Below are positions 1 to 10,254 of a stretch of DNA of 40,184 bases, in pieces. A model generated the notes under the pieces. The model was given only the letters and a program-made list of their open reading frames with translations. It was not told the DNA's origin and made no database searches. This DNA comes from a bacterium (lineage in GTDB: Bacteria > Hinthialibacterota > Hinthialibacteria > Hinthialibacterales > Hinthialibacteraceae), in the NCBI GenBank assembly GCA_041946805.1, contig JBHGBC010000042.1, forward strand, positions 1-40,184. The letters are read 5' to 3'. Within the stretch, counting starts at the first letter, position 1. Each line of letters opens with the position of its first letter. Both the position numbers and the translations under genes were made by a program.

Positions 1-353
1 TCCCGATGTGATGATTTACCCCTTTCAGTTGATTACTATATCACGGTCCACAAAATTGTAAATAAAAATTTTTATATTCTAAATAAAGGTGACTGAATTG
101 ATTGAATTACTGAAGATGTCAACTATCTAAAAGTGGTATTGTAGTGGTTTTGATTGGTTACGCGCTGTCGCGCTAACCCATCCTCCCGTTCTGCCTGTTT
201 CTCCCGGCGTGTGAAGGACGGCCGTACCAGCCTTCACCGGGCCATGACGAATGCGCCGCCCTCTGGTATAGTCTTTCCGCCCCGCGGGAGGGACCTTCAT
301 CCGGCTGCTCCCCGGGCATTGGCATGAATCCATTCGCAAAGGAGTCGAAACAG

Positions 354-1358
354 ATGAAACGGAGCATTGTCATTCTCACGTTGGCGTTGACCATCGGCGC
401 CGGAAGCGTCCTGGCCCAGCCGCAGCTCCCGCCCGTCTACGGCAATTACCAGGGCGGCTTCGCGGAGCAGGCCTGGCAAGACCGGACCCTGCGGGCGCAG
501 GTTGTGGGCGAGGGAGGAGAAGCCTACCGCGCGGTTCTGTACGTGGCCCCCAAGGGCGGCCAGGAAACGCGGGTTGAAGTCCGGGGGAAAACGGCGCGGG
601 GCGTCACCCATTTCGAGGGACAGGTGGATCTCGGAGCGGCGCTCGGCGGGGTTTTCAATGTCGCTGGGGACATTTCCAAGCAGGTCTTCACGGGATCATT
701 CAAGAATTCCGGCGCCGAGGCGAAATTCACTCTGAAGCGGGTGCTGATCCAATCGCCCACCCTGGGACTCAAGCCTCCCGCGGGCGCGATCGTGCTGATG
801 GACGGCACGCAGGAAACCATCGACAAGAACTGGAATGTGATGCCCCGCTGGGTGCTGCAGCAGGACGGCGCGCTGCGGGCGGAATACTCGTCCATCTGGA
901 CCAAGCAGGCCTTCGGCGACGGCGAGTATCACGTGGAATTCAAGACGCCCTACATGCCCAATGAACGCGATCAGGGGCGCGGCAACAGCGGGGTGTATGT
1001 CCTGGGACGCTATGAGATCCAGGTGCTCGACAGCTTCGCCGACGAGCCGGCCAACAACCGCTGCGGCGGGATCTACCAGCAGGCCACGCCGCTCGTGAAC
1101 GCCTGTCTGCCGCCGGAAGAATGGCAGACCTACGACATTATCTTCCGCGGACCCAAGTTCGACGCGGACGGCAAGAAGGTCAAGGATGTCGAAATCACGG
1201 TGAAGCACAACGGTATCGTCATCCACGACAAGGTAACCTTGAAGCACCCCACCCCCGGCGGCGTGGACAACAAGGAAGCGCCCACCGGCCAGATTCTGCT
1301 GCAAGACCACACCAACTCGGTTTCGTACCGCAACATCTGGGTGAAACCGCTGGATTGA
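354..1358 (+). CDS. Secreted DUF1080 (3-keto-glycoside hydrolase-like, GH16-like fold) protein with an extra N-terminal domain
   Basis: AAGGAG RBS at 339-344 before ATG 354; signal peptide MKRSIVILTLALTIGAGSVLA; motifs GNSGVY, YEIQVLD, EWQTYDI, GQILLQDH, VSYRNIWVK. Confidence 0.9.
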   Translation: MKRSIVILTLALTIGAGSVLAQPQLPPVYGNYQGGFAEQAWQDRTLRAQVVGEGGEAYRAVLYVAPKGGQETRVEVRGKTARGVTHFEGQVDLGAALGGVFNVAGDISKQVFTGSFKNSGAEAKFTLKRVLIQSPTLGLKPPAGAIVLMDGTQETIDKNWNVMPRWVLQQDGALRAEYSSIWTKQAFGDGEYHVEFKTPYMPNERDQGRGNSGVYVLGRYEIQVLDSFADEPANNRCGGIYQQATPLVNACLPPEEWQTYDIIFRGPKFDADGKKVKDVEITVKHNGIVIHDKVTLKHPTPGGVDNKEAPTGQILLQDHTNSVSYRNIWVKPLD

Positions 1359-1375
1359 GACGGCCAGAGGGCCTC

Positions 1376-1577
1376 GTGGGATGGATGTGCGCGCCCGCGC
1401 GTGATCCATCATTCTTGACCCTGATGACAGAGGGCCCGCTTTACATGGCAGGGGCGCGCCGCGGCGCGCCCCTGCTTTGCGTCAACCGGGGAGCAATCGC
1501 AGGGTGGATGTGCGCGCCCGCGCGTAGCCCATCAACCTCCGGATCATCGGGCACATCCTGGCCATCCTGATTCAGAC
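1376..1577. repeat. REP-like mosaic: two GTAG-type hairpins, a 28-bp perfect palindrome and a 9-bp tandem module
   Basis: GGATGTGCGCGCCCGCGCGT twice; GCAGGGGCGCGCCGCGGCGCGCCCCTGC at 1448-1475; ATCCTGNNN-type units ending GATTCAGAC. Confidence 0.8.
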
Positions 1578-1745
1578 GGCCCGTTCCCCGGTTCCTCAAA
1601 AAAATCCGTCTTACTCCCCGCGTGGGTGATAAGCATGCCCGGGGTCATCTATAATATCGGGCGTACCTACTCCGGCGGAATTCCTTCCAGCCGGGGATTG
1701 CATCTTGGAGACCGCCGCGCGGGGATTTTGCTCCCGTTGACCAAC

Positions 1746-2963
1746 GTGAACCGATTCATCTATTTCTTTTCCGGTATCATCCTGCTGGGCGTGCTGGGCG
1801 CGCTGCTCTGGGCGGCCCGCACCCACCAGGAAACCGTCCAGAGCCTGCCCGAAATCCTGGCCCGCGATTTCCGCCCCCTCCTGGAAGGCGAACACGTGAC
1901 GGACATCGATCTCGGGGCGGTGGAGGAGCGGGCGGAAGAGCTCAAACGCGAATATCCGTACATCAACGAAGTGATCGTGCGCAAAATGAATCCGGACGGA
2001 TCCTCGACCATCGTCTATCCCATCTTCGACATCATCGACCGCAAGGATTTCCCCCCGGATGAAGACCCCACCTTCCGCTCGCTTGTCCTGGCCGGCGGCA
2101 ACGGCGGCACCCTGGGAACTCTCTACGTCAAGATCAGCCCCCAGCGGGGCCGCCTCTTCATGCTGGCCATCGCCGGCAGCATCTGGGCCTTGGTGGTGGT
2201 CAGCGCCCTGGGCTTCTACGCCATCCGCTCCAAGGACCAGGAGGTGCGCAAGACCACCTCCCTGCTGGAAGAAAAACAGCGCGAACTGATCCACCTGGAA
2301 CGCCTTTCGCTCGTGGGCCAGGTAACCGCCAACCTGCTGCACGACCTGAAAAAACCGGTGCTCAACATCCGGGCGGAGGCGGACGCGCTTCCCGAAAGCG
2401 AGGTTAAGCGGACCATCCAGGATGAAACCGACTTGTTTCTGAGCCTCGTGCGCGACTTGCACCTGGAAGGCTTTCTGCGCAAGGACCGCGAACGGGGCGA
2501 ATTCGTCGATATATCCGAAATGCTGGAACGCTCGCTGCGGCTGGTCAAATACGCCCAGGGCAACGTGCGGGTCACCCTCCAACTGCCGGAGAACCTCCCC
2601 TTTATTTTCGCGCAAAGGCATCAGCTGGTGCAGGTGTTTTCCAACATCCTGCTCAACGCGTTCCAGGCCCTGGAAGGCGAGGGCAACATCCGCGTCGGCG
2701 CGCAGTTCGCCGAGGACGCGGGCGAAAAATGGCTGGAAATCAGTTTCTCGGACGACGGCCCGGGCATGCCCTACGAGGTGCAGACCCGCATCTTCGAACC
2801 GTTCTTCTCCACCCGCAAGGAAGCCGAATCCACCGGCCTGGGCCTCTACATCAGCCAATCCATCGTGGAGGGCCTGGGCGGCGCCCTCACCGCCGACAGC
2901 ATCCCCAAGCACGGCACCACCTTCACCATCCGCCTGCCCCTGTCCGACGAAGAAACCGCCTGA
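1746..2963 (+). CDS. Membrane-bound sensor histidine kinase (no adjacent response regulator)
   Basis: Two TM segments flanking a periplasmic loop; H-box LLHDLKKP, N-box NILLNAFQA, DDGPGM, FEPFFST, GLGL; probable GTG start at 1746 (ORF open from 1626). Confidence 0.9.
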   Translation: MNRFIYFFSGIILLGVLGALLWAARTHQETVQSLPEILARDFRPLLEGEHVTDIDLGAVEERAEELKREYPYINEVIVRKMNPDGSSTIVYPIFDIIDRKDFPPDEDPTFRSLVLAGGNGGTLGTLYVKISPQRGRLFMLAIAGSIWALVVVSALGFYAIRSKDQEVRKTTSLLEEKQRELIHLERLSLVGQVTANLLHDLKKPVLNIRAEADALPESEVKRTIQDETDLFLSLVRDLHLEGFLRKDRERGEFVDISEMLERSLRLVKYAQGNVRVTLQLPENLPFIFAQRHQLVQVFSNILLNAFQALEGEGNIRVGAQFAEDAGEKWLEISFSDDGPGMPYEVQTRIFEPFFSTRKEAESTGLGLYISQSIVEGLGGALTADSIPKHGTTFTIRLPLSDEETA

Positions 2964-3120
2964 CTGCCCCGGCCGGATCTGCCGCGCGGGCTCCACGAAA
3001 CGAGATCCCCGGAGACCGGAGGGGCCTCCTTGTGTTAGAGTAGAAGAACATGCTCCGCCGCCTTTCCCGCGCGGGGACGAATCCGCCGGTCCGTATCCGG
3101 CGATCCAGGAGATCGAGGCC

Positions 3121-4326
3121 ATGACACCGATCCGGTTTCTGTTGGCTCTGATGGGACTTTGGTGTATCCCGGCGCTCCTGGCGGCCGAAGAAGGTCCTCC
3201 CGCCCGCTTCGAGCCGGTCCTCATCGATGAGCACCTGCCCCGCGCGTATCAGAACGCCCTGGCGGACATCAACGGCGACGGCCGGCTGGACATCGCCGCG
3301 CTGGGCGAGGGCCGCGAGTCGTTTGTGGCCTGGTACGAGAATCCCACCTGGCGGCGGCGGCTCATCTCCGGCAATGAAACCACAAACCACATCGACCTGG
3401 CCTTCTGCGACATCGACCGGGACGGCGAAGTGGAACTGGCCTTGGTCTCGGATTTCAACCTGGCCGATACGAAATCAGGCGGGCAGGTCAGCTGGCTCAA
3501 ACGGCGGATCAACTCCGACGCGCCCTGGAACGTGTTTTACATCGGCCGGGAACCCACGGCCCACCGCGCGCGCTGGTCCGACCTGGACGGCGACGGCCGG
3601 CCGGAACTGGTCATCCTCCCCATCATGGGCGTGGGCGCGGAACCGCCGCTGTTTCAGGAAACGGCCGTGCGTGTCCTGGCTTACCGCGTTCCCCAACGTC
3701 CCCGTGACGAGGCGTGGATCCCGCGCGTATTGGACCAAACCCTGCACATTGCCCACGGGCTGTCCGCCGGAGACCTGGACGGCAACGGGCGGGGGGATCT
3801 GCTGCTCGCCGGCGCCGAGGGCATCGCGCGGCTGGAATTAACTCCGGACGGCCAGCCCCGGCTCACCCGGCTGGCGCGGGGAACGCAACGGGCGGAGGGA
3901 TACTCGGGCAGCAGCGAGGTCACGGTGGGGAAGTTAAAGGACGGCCGGCGTTTTTTGGCGTCCATCGAGCCTTGGCATGGCAACGAAGCGGCGGTGTACG
4001 TGGAAAGCGGGCCGGATTCGTTGGTTTTCAACGAACGGGCCGTGATCGACGATTCATACGTCAGCGGCCACGCGGTGGCGGCCGGGGATTTCGACCGTGA
4101 CGGAGATGACGAGATCCTGGCCGGTTTCCGCGGCGAGGGCTGGACGATTTATCTCTATGATTTTACCCGGGATGGATCTCCCGCCTGGAAGCGCTGGACC
4201 GTCGACCGGGGCGGCGTGGCCGTGCAGGGGATTTCGGTGGGGGATCTCGACGCCGACGGCCGGCCCGACTTCGTGGCCACCGGCGGCGCGACCAACAACG
4301 TGATGCTGTACCGGGGGACAGAGTAA
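3121..4326 (+). CDS. Secreted FG-GAP/VCBS-repeat beta-propeller, aldos-2-ulose dehydratase-like
   Basis: Signal peptide; repeated DxDGDGxxD motifs; His-containing motifs TAHRARW, IAHGL, IEPWHGN, SGHAV. Confidence 0.75.
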   Translation: MTPIRFLLALMGLWCIPALLAAEEGPPARFEPVLIDEHLPRAYQNALADINGDGRLDIAALGEGRESFVAWYENPTWRRRLISGNETTNHIDLAFCDIDRDGEVELALVSDFNLADTKSGGQVSWLKRRINSDAPWNVFYIGREPTAHRARWSDLDGDGRPELVILPIMGVGAEPPLFQETAVRVLAYRVPQRPRDEAWIPRVLDQTLHIAHGLSAGDLDGNGRGDLLLAGAEGIARLELTPDGQPRLTRLARGTQRAEGYSGSSEVTVGKLKDGRRFLASIEPWHGNEAAVYVESGPDSLVFNERAVIDDSYVSGHAVAAGDFDRDGDDEILAGFRGEGWTIYLYDFTRDGSPAWKRWTVDRGGVAVQGISVGDLDADGRPDFVATGGATNNVMLYRGTE

Positions 4327-4339
4327 ATGGAGGAAGCAT

Positions 4340-4772
4340 GCAGGGTGGCTTGAGCGAAGCGGAACCCAGCGGAAGTAATCAATTCCCTCTCCCTCTGGGA
4401 GAGGGGTAGGGTGAGGGAAAGCCTTTCCATTGAGTTTTTTGTTTGAAGTCAACGCCAAAACTCCTGCCGATCAACGATAAATATTCCTTTTTAAGGGATT
4501 GGCCTGCTAACCGTCCAGGGTTTCAATCCTGGCTCGGGTAATCCATCGGCCGTTCCTGAAAAAAGTTCCCTCTCCCCGGCCCTCCCGAGGGGAGAGGGAG
4601 GACAGAATCAGGGGCATTGTTTTATTTCCAAGAGCTACACAACGGTTGACGGATTACACGCTTCGCGCCAACCCATCCAACAACGATTACAGCGCGGTGA
4701 TCGGCTGAATCCCCACTTGCGCGGGGATGATATCCTGGACATCTTGTATATCCTGACCATCCTGATTCAGAC
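4340..4772. repeat. REP-like mosaic of five repeat families
   Basis: CCCTCTCCC..GGGAGAGGG hairpins (4385, 4568), CCAGGGTTTCAATCCTGG (4515), GTAG-type hairpins (4340, 4646), CCCCAC..GCGGGGATGA (4711), 9-bp module (4732-4772). Confidence 0.8.
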
Positions 4773-4899
4773 ATATTCCCCCCTTCCGGCGCAAGCGGGA
4801 ACCGATCTTACCCCGCCGGATTATATTTGATACGATTCACCCATTCATTCCCAGGCCATGATCCTTGTCGAAAAATCCAGGTGGAGAGGAACTACGCCG

Positions 4900-6720
4900 A
4901 TGCGACTGCAACTCAATACGATCGATATCGCGATCGTCATAGCCTATCTGGCCGCCACCATCGTGTTGGGATTCTGGGTTTCGCACCGGGCGTCGAAAAA
5001 CCTGGATTCGTATTTTCTGGGGGGCAAGGTCATGCCGTGGTATATCCTGGGGATTTCCAACGCCTCGGGGATGTTCGATATCACCGGCACGATGTGGCTG
5101 GTTTACATCGGCTTCGTCTACGGCCTGAAAAGCGCGTGGCTGCCGTGGTTGTGGCCGACCTTCAACCAGATCTTTCTCATGGTGTACCTGAGCACTTGGC
5201 TGCGCCGTTCCAACGTGCTCACGGGGGCGGAATGGATCACCACCCGTTTCGGCACGGGCCGGGGGGCCACGCTGGCCTATGTCAGCGTGGTGATCTTCGC
5301 CCTGGTGAGCGTGGTGGGATTTCTGGCCTACGACTTCAAGGGCATCGGCAAGTTCGCCTCCATCTTCCTGCCCTGGGATCTCTCGCCCGACACCTACGCC
5401 ATCATCATCTTGGGCATCACCACGGTGTATGTGGTGAAGGGGGGGATGTTCAGCGTGGTGCTGACCGAAATATTGCAATTCACGATCATGACGGTGGCCT
5501 CCCTCGCCGTGGGGATCATCGCCATGTACAAGGTCTCGCCGGCGATGATCGACCAGGCCGTTCCGGACGGTTGGAAGAGCATCTTCTTCGGATGGAACCT
5601 GAATCTGGACTGGTCGGCCTCGCTGGCCTCCGTGAACCAGAAAATCATCGATGACGGCTATTCGCTGTTCACCATCTTCTTCATGATGATGGCCTTCAAG
5701 GGCATCCTGGTCAGCATGGCGGGACCCGCGCCCAATTACGACATGCAGCGGATTCTCGCAACCCGCAATTCCCGCGAAGCGAGCCTGATGAGCGGATTCG
5801 TGAACGTGGTCTTGTTCTTCCCGCGTTATATGCTGATCTCCGGATTGATCGTGCTGGCGCTGGTGTATTTCATTCCAGAACTGCAAGCCATGGGCGACAA
5901 GCCCGATTTCGAATTGATCCTGCCCTACGCGATCAAGAACTTCATCCCCATGGGCTTGATGGGCATCCTGATCGCCGGGCTGCTGGCGGCTTTCATGTCC
6001 ACCTATGCGGCCACGGTAAACGCCGCGCCGGCGTACATCGTGAACGATATCTACAAGCGGTTCATCAATCCCCACGCCGATCAAAAAAAATACGTCCGGA
6101 TCAGTTATGTGGCTTCCGTGTCCGTGGTGGTGGTGGGGATTCTGTTCGGCCTGATCGTGGAATCGATCAACGACGTCACCCTGTGGATCGTCAACGCCCT
6201 CTGGGCCGGATACGCCGCGTCCAATGTGTTGAAATGGTATTGGTGGCGCTTCAACGGGTATGGATTCTTCTGGGGGATGATTTCCGGGATCATCGCCGCG
6301 TTGATCGCGCCGCTGGTCATGGACACGTATGTTCCCCATTTAAATGTCATCTACGGATTCCCCCCCATCCTGCTGGTCTCCATCCTCGGCTGCGTCCTGG
6401 GCAGCCTCCTGACCGCTCCCGAGGATGAAGCCGTGTTGAAGAAATTCTATACCGCGGTGCGGCCCTGGGGCTTCTGGGGCCCCATTTACAAAAAGGTGAT
6501 ACAAGAGAATCCCGCGTTTCAGAAGAACGATCGTTTGGGGATGGATTGCGCGAACGTGCTGACCGGCATGATCTGGCAGACCGCCCTGGTCGCGTTGCCC
6601 ATGTATATCATGATCCGCGAAGTCCCGGGAATCGCCGGCGCCCTGGCCGTGGTGATCGTGACCACCTTCCTCCTGAAAGTGAATTGGTACGACCAACTGG
6701 AAACCGAAGACATCCAGTAA
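4900..6720 (+). CDS. Sodium:solute symporter (SSS family), probably a manno-oligosaccharide importer
   Basis: YFLGGK, SNASGMFDITG, MQRILA, AAFMST, WYWWRFN motifs; many TM helices; first gene of the mannan cluster; ATG 4900 after GGAGAGG. Confidence 0.92.
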   Translation: MRLQLNTIDIAIVIAYLAATIVLGFWVSHRASKNLDSYFLGGKVMPWYILGISNASGMFDITGTMWLVYIGFVYGLKSAWLPWLWPTFNQIFLMVYLSTWLRRSNVLTGAEWITTRFGTGRGATLAYVSVVIFALVSVVGFLAYDFKGIGKFASIFLPWDLSPDTYAIIILGITTVYVVKGGMFSVVLTEILQFTIMTVASLAVGIIAMYKVSPAMIDQAVPDGWKSIFFGWNLNLDWSASLASVNQKIIDDGYSLFTIFFMMMAFKGILVSMAGPAPNYDMQRILATRNSREASLMSGFVNVVLFFPRYMLISGLIVLALVYFIPELQAMGDKPDFELILPYAIKNFIPMGLMGILIAGLLAAFMSTYAATVNAAPAYIVNDIYKRFINPHADQKKYVRISYVASVSVVVVGILFGLIVESINDVTLWIVNALWAGYAASNVLKWYWWRFNGYGFFWGMISGIIAALIAPLVMDTYVPHLNVIYGFPPILLVSILGCVLGSLLTAPEDEAVLKKFYTAVRPWGFWGPIYKKVIQENPAFQKNDRLGMDCANVLTGMIWQTALVALPMYIMIREVPGIAGALAVVIVTTFLLKVNWYDQLETEDIQ

Positions 6721-6942
6721 CGGTAGGATGGGAAAGGGAGAACAAGAAGTGTCCCGATAAAAACGCAGGGGGCACGCCGCCACGCGCCCCTGCCATGATC
6801 GGGCGGATTTCCCATCGTGCGGATTGGGTAGCAAGACTTGATTCATCCATTGGAGGATTGAAATCCTGAAACGGTGGATGGAAGACTTATTCCGATTGAG
6901 TACTCTCTTTCCGAAAGAACCATACCGATCCGAGGCAAAACC

Positions 6943-8763
6943 ATGAACCGGCACTTTCTCGCCTTGGCATTTCTTCTCTCGCTGACGGCCTACGGATTTC
7001 CCGAGGGCTTCGAGCGTTTCATCACCCGTGACGGCGGCCGCCTGATGGATGGCGGTCAGGAGTTCCGCTTCATCTCGTTCAACATACCCAACCTGCATTA
7101 CGTCGAAGACGACATGGAATTCGAGCGCACGATGCCGTACCGGATGCCGGATGACTTCGAGATCGATGACGCCCTGGAAACCATCCGGCAGATGGGCGGG
7201 CGCGTGGCCCGGACCTACACGTTGTCCGTATTCAAGGCCGGTGAACCGGCGGATACCCCCAAGCACGTTCTCGGGCCGGGAAAATTCAACGAGGAGGCCT
7301 TCGTGGCCCTGGACCGCGTCCTGGCGTCGGCCCACCGCCACGGGATCCGGCTCATCCTCCCCATCGTCAACAATTTCCAATGGTGGGGCGGCGCGGCCGA
7401 GTACGCCGCGTTCCGGGGCAAGGCGAAAAACGATTTCTGGACCGATCCCCAATTGATCGAGGACTACCAGAAAACCGTCCATTTCCTCCTCACCCGGGTC
7501 AACACCGTCACGGGAGTTTCCTACCGGGAGGACAAGGCGGTCCTGGCCTGGGAAACGGGCAACGAAACCGAATGCCCGCATTCGTGGACCCGGGCGGCCG
7601 TGGCGTATATCAAATCGCTGGACCGCAACCACCTCGTCATGGACGGCTTCAACACCTCGGTGCCGCGGGACGAAACGGTGGCCGATCCGGACATCGACAT
7701 CGTGCAGACGCATCACTACGAGAAAGACCCGCGCGACATGATCGATCACATCCGCGCCAGCGCCCGCAAGGTGGCGGGCAAGAAGCCCTACCTGCTGGGG
7801 GAATTCGGTTTCATCGGCACGGAGGCAGTGCGGGCCGTCCTCGATACCGTCCAGCAGGAACACCTGGCCGGCGCGTTGATCTGGAGCCTGCGTTACCACC
7901 ACCGCCACGGCGGCTTCTTCTGGCATTCCGAACCGGCGGGCGGGGACTTCTTCAAGGCCTACCACTGGCCGGGATTTCCCTCCGGGCAGATTTACGACGA
8001 GGCCGGCCTGATGGCCCTCATGCGCGCCCGGGCGTTCGCGATACAAGGCCGGCCGGTTCCCGCCCTTGACGTTCCCAGGCCGCCCACGCTGCTGCCCGCC
8101 CCGGATCCCGGAGCGCTCCGGTGGCAAGGCTCCACCGGCGCGGCGGGATATGACATCGAGCGTGCGGAACGGGAATCCGGCCCCTGGATCCGCGTCGCGG
8201 AGAATGTCTCCGACGCGGACGCGCAATACCAGCCCCTGTTCAGCGATGTCACGGCGGAAATCGGCAAGGCGTATTTTTACCGCGTCCGGGCGAGAAACCC
8301 GGCGGGGGTGTCCGAACCGGGGAACGCCGTGGGTCCGGTCCAGGCCGATTGTCTCACCTTCGTCGATGAGTTCGAGAACGACGCCCAGATTCTCATGCGC
8401 TCCAGCCGCTGGGTCCTGGCGCGCAACGAAGCGCGGAAATACAAGGAGGACATCCACCGCCTGCAAGGGACCCTCGGCGGCTGGTTGATCTATCGCATGG
8501 CCGGGACGATGAAGGCCGCCCGGGTGAACGCCTTTTTCGCGGAGCCGCCGTCCGATCCGGTGTTTCAAGCCTCCCCGGACGGGAAGGATTTCACGGCCGC
8601 CGATACGCAGAAAACCGATTACAGCACCGGGGAGGGCGAGTACGGGTATTTGCGGCCGGTCCGGTATGATCTGCCTTCTCTGCCGGAGGGAACGCGGTAT
8701 TTGAGGATCGAATTGACCGGCCCCGCCGCCCTTTCCCGCGTCGAGATCCGCCATGGACAATGA
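6943..8763 (+). CDS. Secreted GH5 endo-beta-1,4-mannanase-like enzyme with FN3 and C-terminal beta-sandwich domains
   Basis: Signal peptide; NIPNL, WWGG, AWETGNE (acid/base), LGEFG (nucleophile), GALIWSL; FN3-like LRWQGS..GYDIER..YFYRVRARN. Confidence 0.85.
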   Translation: MNRHFLALAFLLSLTAYGFPEGFERFITRDGGRLMDGGQEFRFISFNIPNLHYVEDDMEFERTMPYRMPDDFEIDDALETIRQMGGRVARTYTLSVFKAGEPADTPKHVLGPGKFNEEAFVALDRVLASAHRHGIRLILPIVNNFQWWGGAAEYAAFRGKAKNDFWTDPQLIEDYQKTVHFLLTRVNTVTGVSYREDKAVLAWETGNETECPHSWTRAAVAYIKSLDRNHLVMDGFNTSVPRDETVADPDIDIVQTHHYEKDPRDMIDHIRASARKVAGKKPYLLGEFGFIGTEAVRAVLDTVQQEHLAGALIWSLRYHHRHGGFFWHSEPAGGDFFKAYHWPGFPSGQIYDEAGLMALMRARAFAIQGRPVPALDVPRPPTLLPAPDPGALRWQGSTGAAGYDIERAERESGPWIRVAENVSDADAQYQPLFSDVTAEIGKAYFYRVRARNPAGVSEPGNAVGPVQADCLTFVDEFENDAQILMRSSRWVLARNEARKYKEDIHRLQGTLGGWLIYRMAGTMKAARVNAFFAEPPSDPVFQASPDGKDFTAADTQKTDYSTGEGEYGYLRPVRYDLPSLPEGTRYLRIELTGPAALSRVEIRHGQ

Positions 8764-9955
8764 AACGCTCGGCAACTTTCGCAAACGGGTGGAGCGGGAA
8801 CTCCACGGCGATATTCTGCCTTTCTGGCTGCGGCATTCGCTCGACACCCGCCACGGCGGATTCATCGGCCGGATGATGAACGACCGGACGGTCGTCGAGA
8901 ACGCGCCCAAGGGATTGATCCTCAACGCCCGCGTCCTGTGGACGTTTTCCGCCGTGTACCGGTACGACTACGATTCCCGGTTTCTCCAGCTCGCGCAGCG
9001 GGCGTATGAGTACCTGGACCGGTACTTCCGGGACCGGGACTTCGGCGGGGTTTTCTGGCTGCTCGACAGCCAAGGCCATGGCCTGGACGACATGAAGAAG
9101 ATCTACGGCCAGGCGTTTTATCTTTACGCCCTGGCCGAGTATTACCGGGCCACGCGTTTGGAACCCGCCCTGAGGCACGCCATCGAAGTGTTTCAGCTCA
9201 TCGAAAAACACAGCCACGACGATCAGTACCTCGGCTATTACGAAACGCTCAACCGCGACTGGACGCCGGCCGAGGACAGCCGGTTGAGCGGCAAGGACAT
9301 GAATGAAAAGAAGTCCATGAACAACCACCTGCACCTCCTCGAGGCCTACACCAATTTGTACCGGGTTTGGAACGGGGACCTCGCGCGGGAGCGGTTGCTC
9401 GAGCTAATCGGTATTTTCCAACACCAAATCCTCGATGCCACGCACTCTCATTTTCAACATTTCTTCGATGAACATTGGGTTCCGAAATCGTCCACCTACA
9501 CCTTCGGACATGATATCGAGGGCAGTTGGCTGTTGTGGGAAGCCGCCGAAGTGTTGGGAGTGGAAGCCATCAAGGCGCACGTGAAAGACACAATCTTGTC
9601 CCTGGCCGAAGCCGTTTACCAGGAGGGCTTCGATTCCGACGGAGGGTTGTTCTACGAAGGGAAGGAAGGAACCATCATCGATACCAACAAGGAATGGTGG
9701 CCGCAGGCGGAAGCGGTGGTGGGAATGATCAACGCGTATCAATTGTCCGGCGGGGAGAAATATCTCCTCGCGGCCCTGCAATGCTGGGATTTCATCGAGA
9801 CGCGGATCGTCGACCAACAGCGCGGCGAATGGTTCTGGCGGGTGTCCCGCGAGGGCATCGTGGATGACAGCCAGCCCAAGATCTCCGAATGGAAAGGCCC
9901 CTATCACAACACCCGCGCCTGCCTGGAAATCCTCCACCGCCTGCGGTCCATGTAA
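8753..9955 (+). CDS. AGE-family cellobiose/mannobiose 2-epimerase
   Basis: ILPFW, NARVLWTFS, YGQAF, KSMNNHLHLLEAY, GHDIEGSWLL, WWPQAE, WKGPYHN; overlaps the GH5 stop. Confidence 0.93.
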   Translation: MDNETLGNFRKRVERELHGDILPFWLRHSLDTRHGGFIGRMMNDRTVVENAPKGLILNARVLWTFSAVYRYDYDSRFLQLAQRAYEYLDRYFRDRDFGGVFWLLDSQGHGLDDMKKIYGQAFYLYALAEYYRATRLEPALRHAIEVFQLIEKHSHDDQYLGYYETLNRDWTPAEDSRLSGKDMNEKKSMNNHLHLLEAYTNLYRVWNGDLARERLLELIGIFQHQILDATHSHFQHFFDEHWVPKSSTYTFGHDIEGSWLLWEAAEVLGVEAIKAHVKDTILSLAEAVYQEGFDSDGGLFYEGKEGTIIDTNKEWWPQAEAVVGMINAYQLSGGEKYLLAALQCWDFIETRIVDQQRGEWFWRVSREGIVDDSQPKISEWKGPYHNTRACLEILHRLRSM

Positions 9956-9964
9956 CTAACGTCT

Positions 9965-10186
9965 TCCACTCCCATTATGGGAGAGGGCTGGGGCGAGGGT
10001 GAAACAGAGAGGCTCCGATTCGAACGCAGGGACCCGTTGCAACGGGCCCCTACGATGAACCGGACGGATATTCCATCGTGTAGGATGGGTTAACGCAGCG
10101 TAACCCATCTATATCTTGATCATCTTGTGCATCCTGGCCATCCGGATTCAGACAGAATTTTGATGGGAGAGGGCCGGGGTGAGGGA
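9965..10186. repeat. REP-like mosaic inside the mannan cluster
   Basis: GGGAGAGGG-family copies at both ends, GCAGGGACCCGTTGCAACGGGCCCCTAC, GTAGGATGGGTTAACGCAGCGTAACCCATC, 9-bp module at 10113-10153. Confidence 0.8.
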
Positions 10187-10254
10187 AAACGATATCCCGC
10201 GATGACTCGGATGAACAATCCATGAATTCATCCGATGGGGAAGGAGAACCTTTC

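Noticed and set aside
1..150. AT-rich start of the window
   Set aside because: Probably a promoter region of a gene outside the window; no definable element
1376..1577. Repeated units that might be a CRISPR array
   Set aside because: Only two copies separated by another palindrome; same families are dispersed through the window; no cas genes
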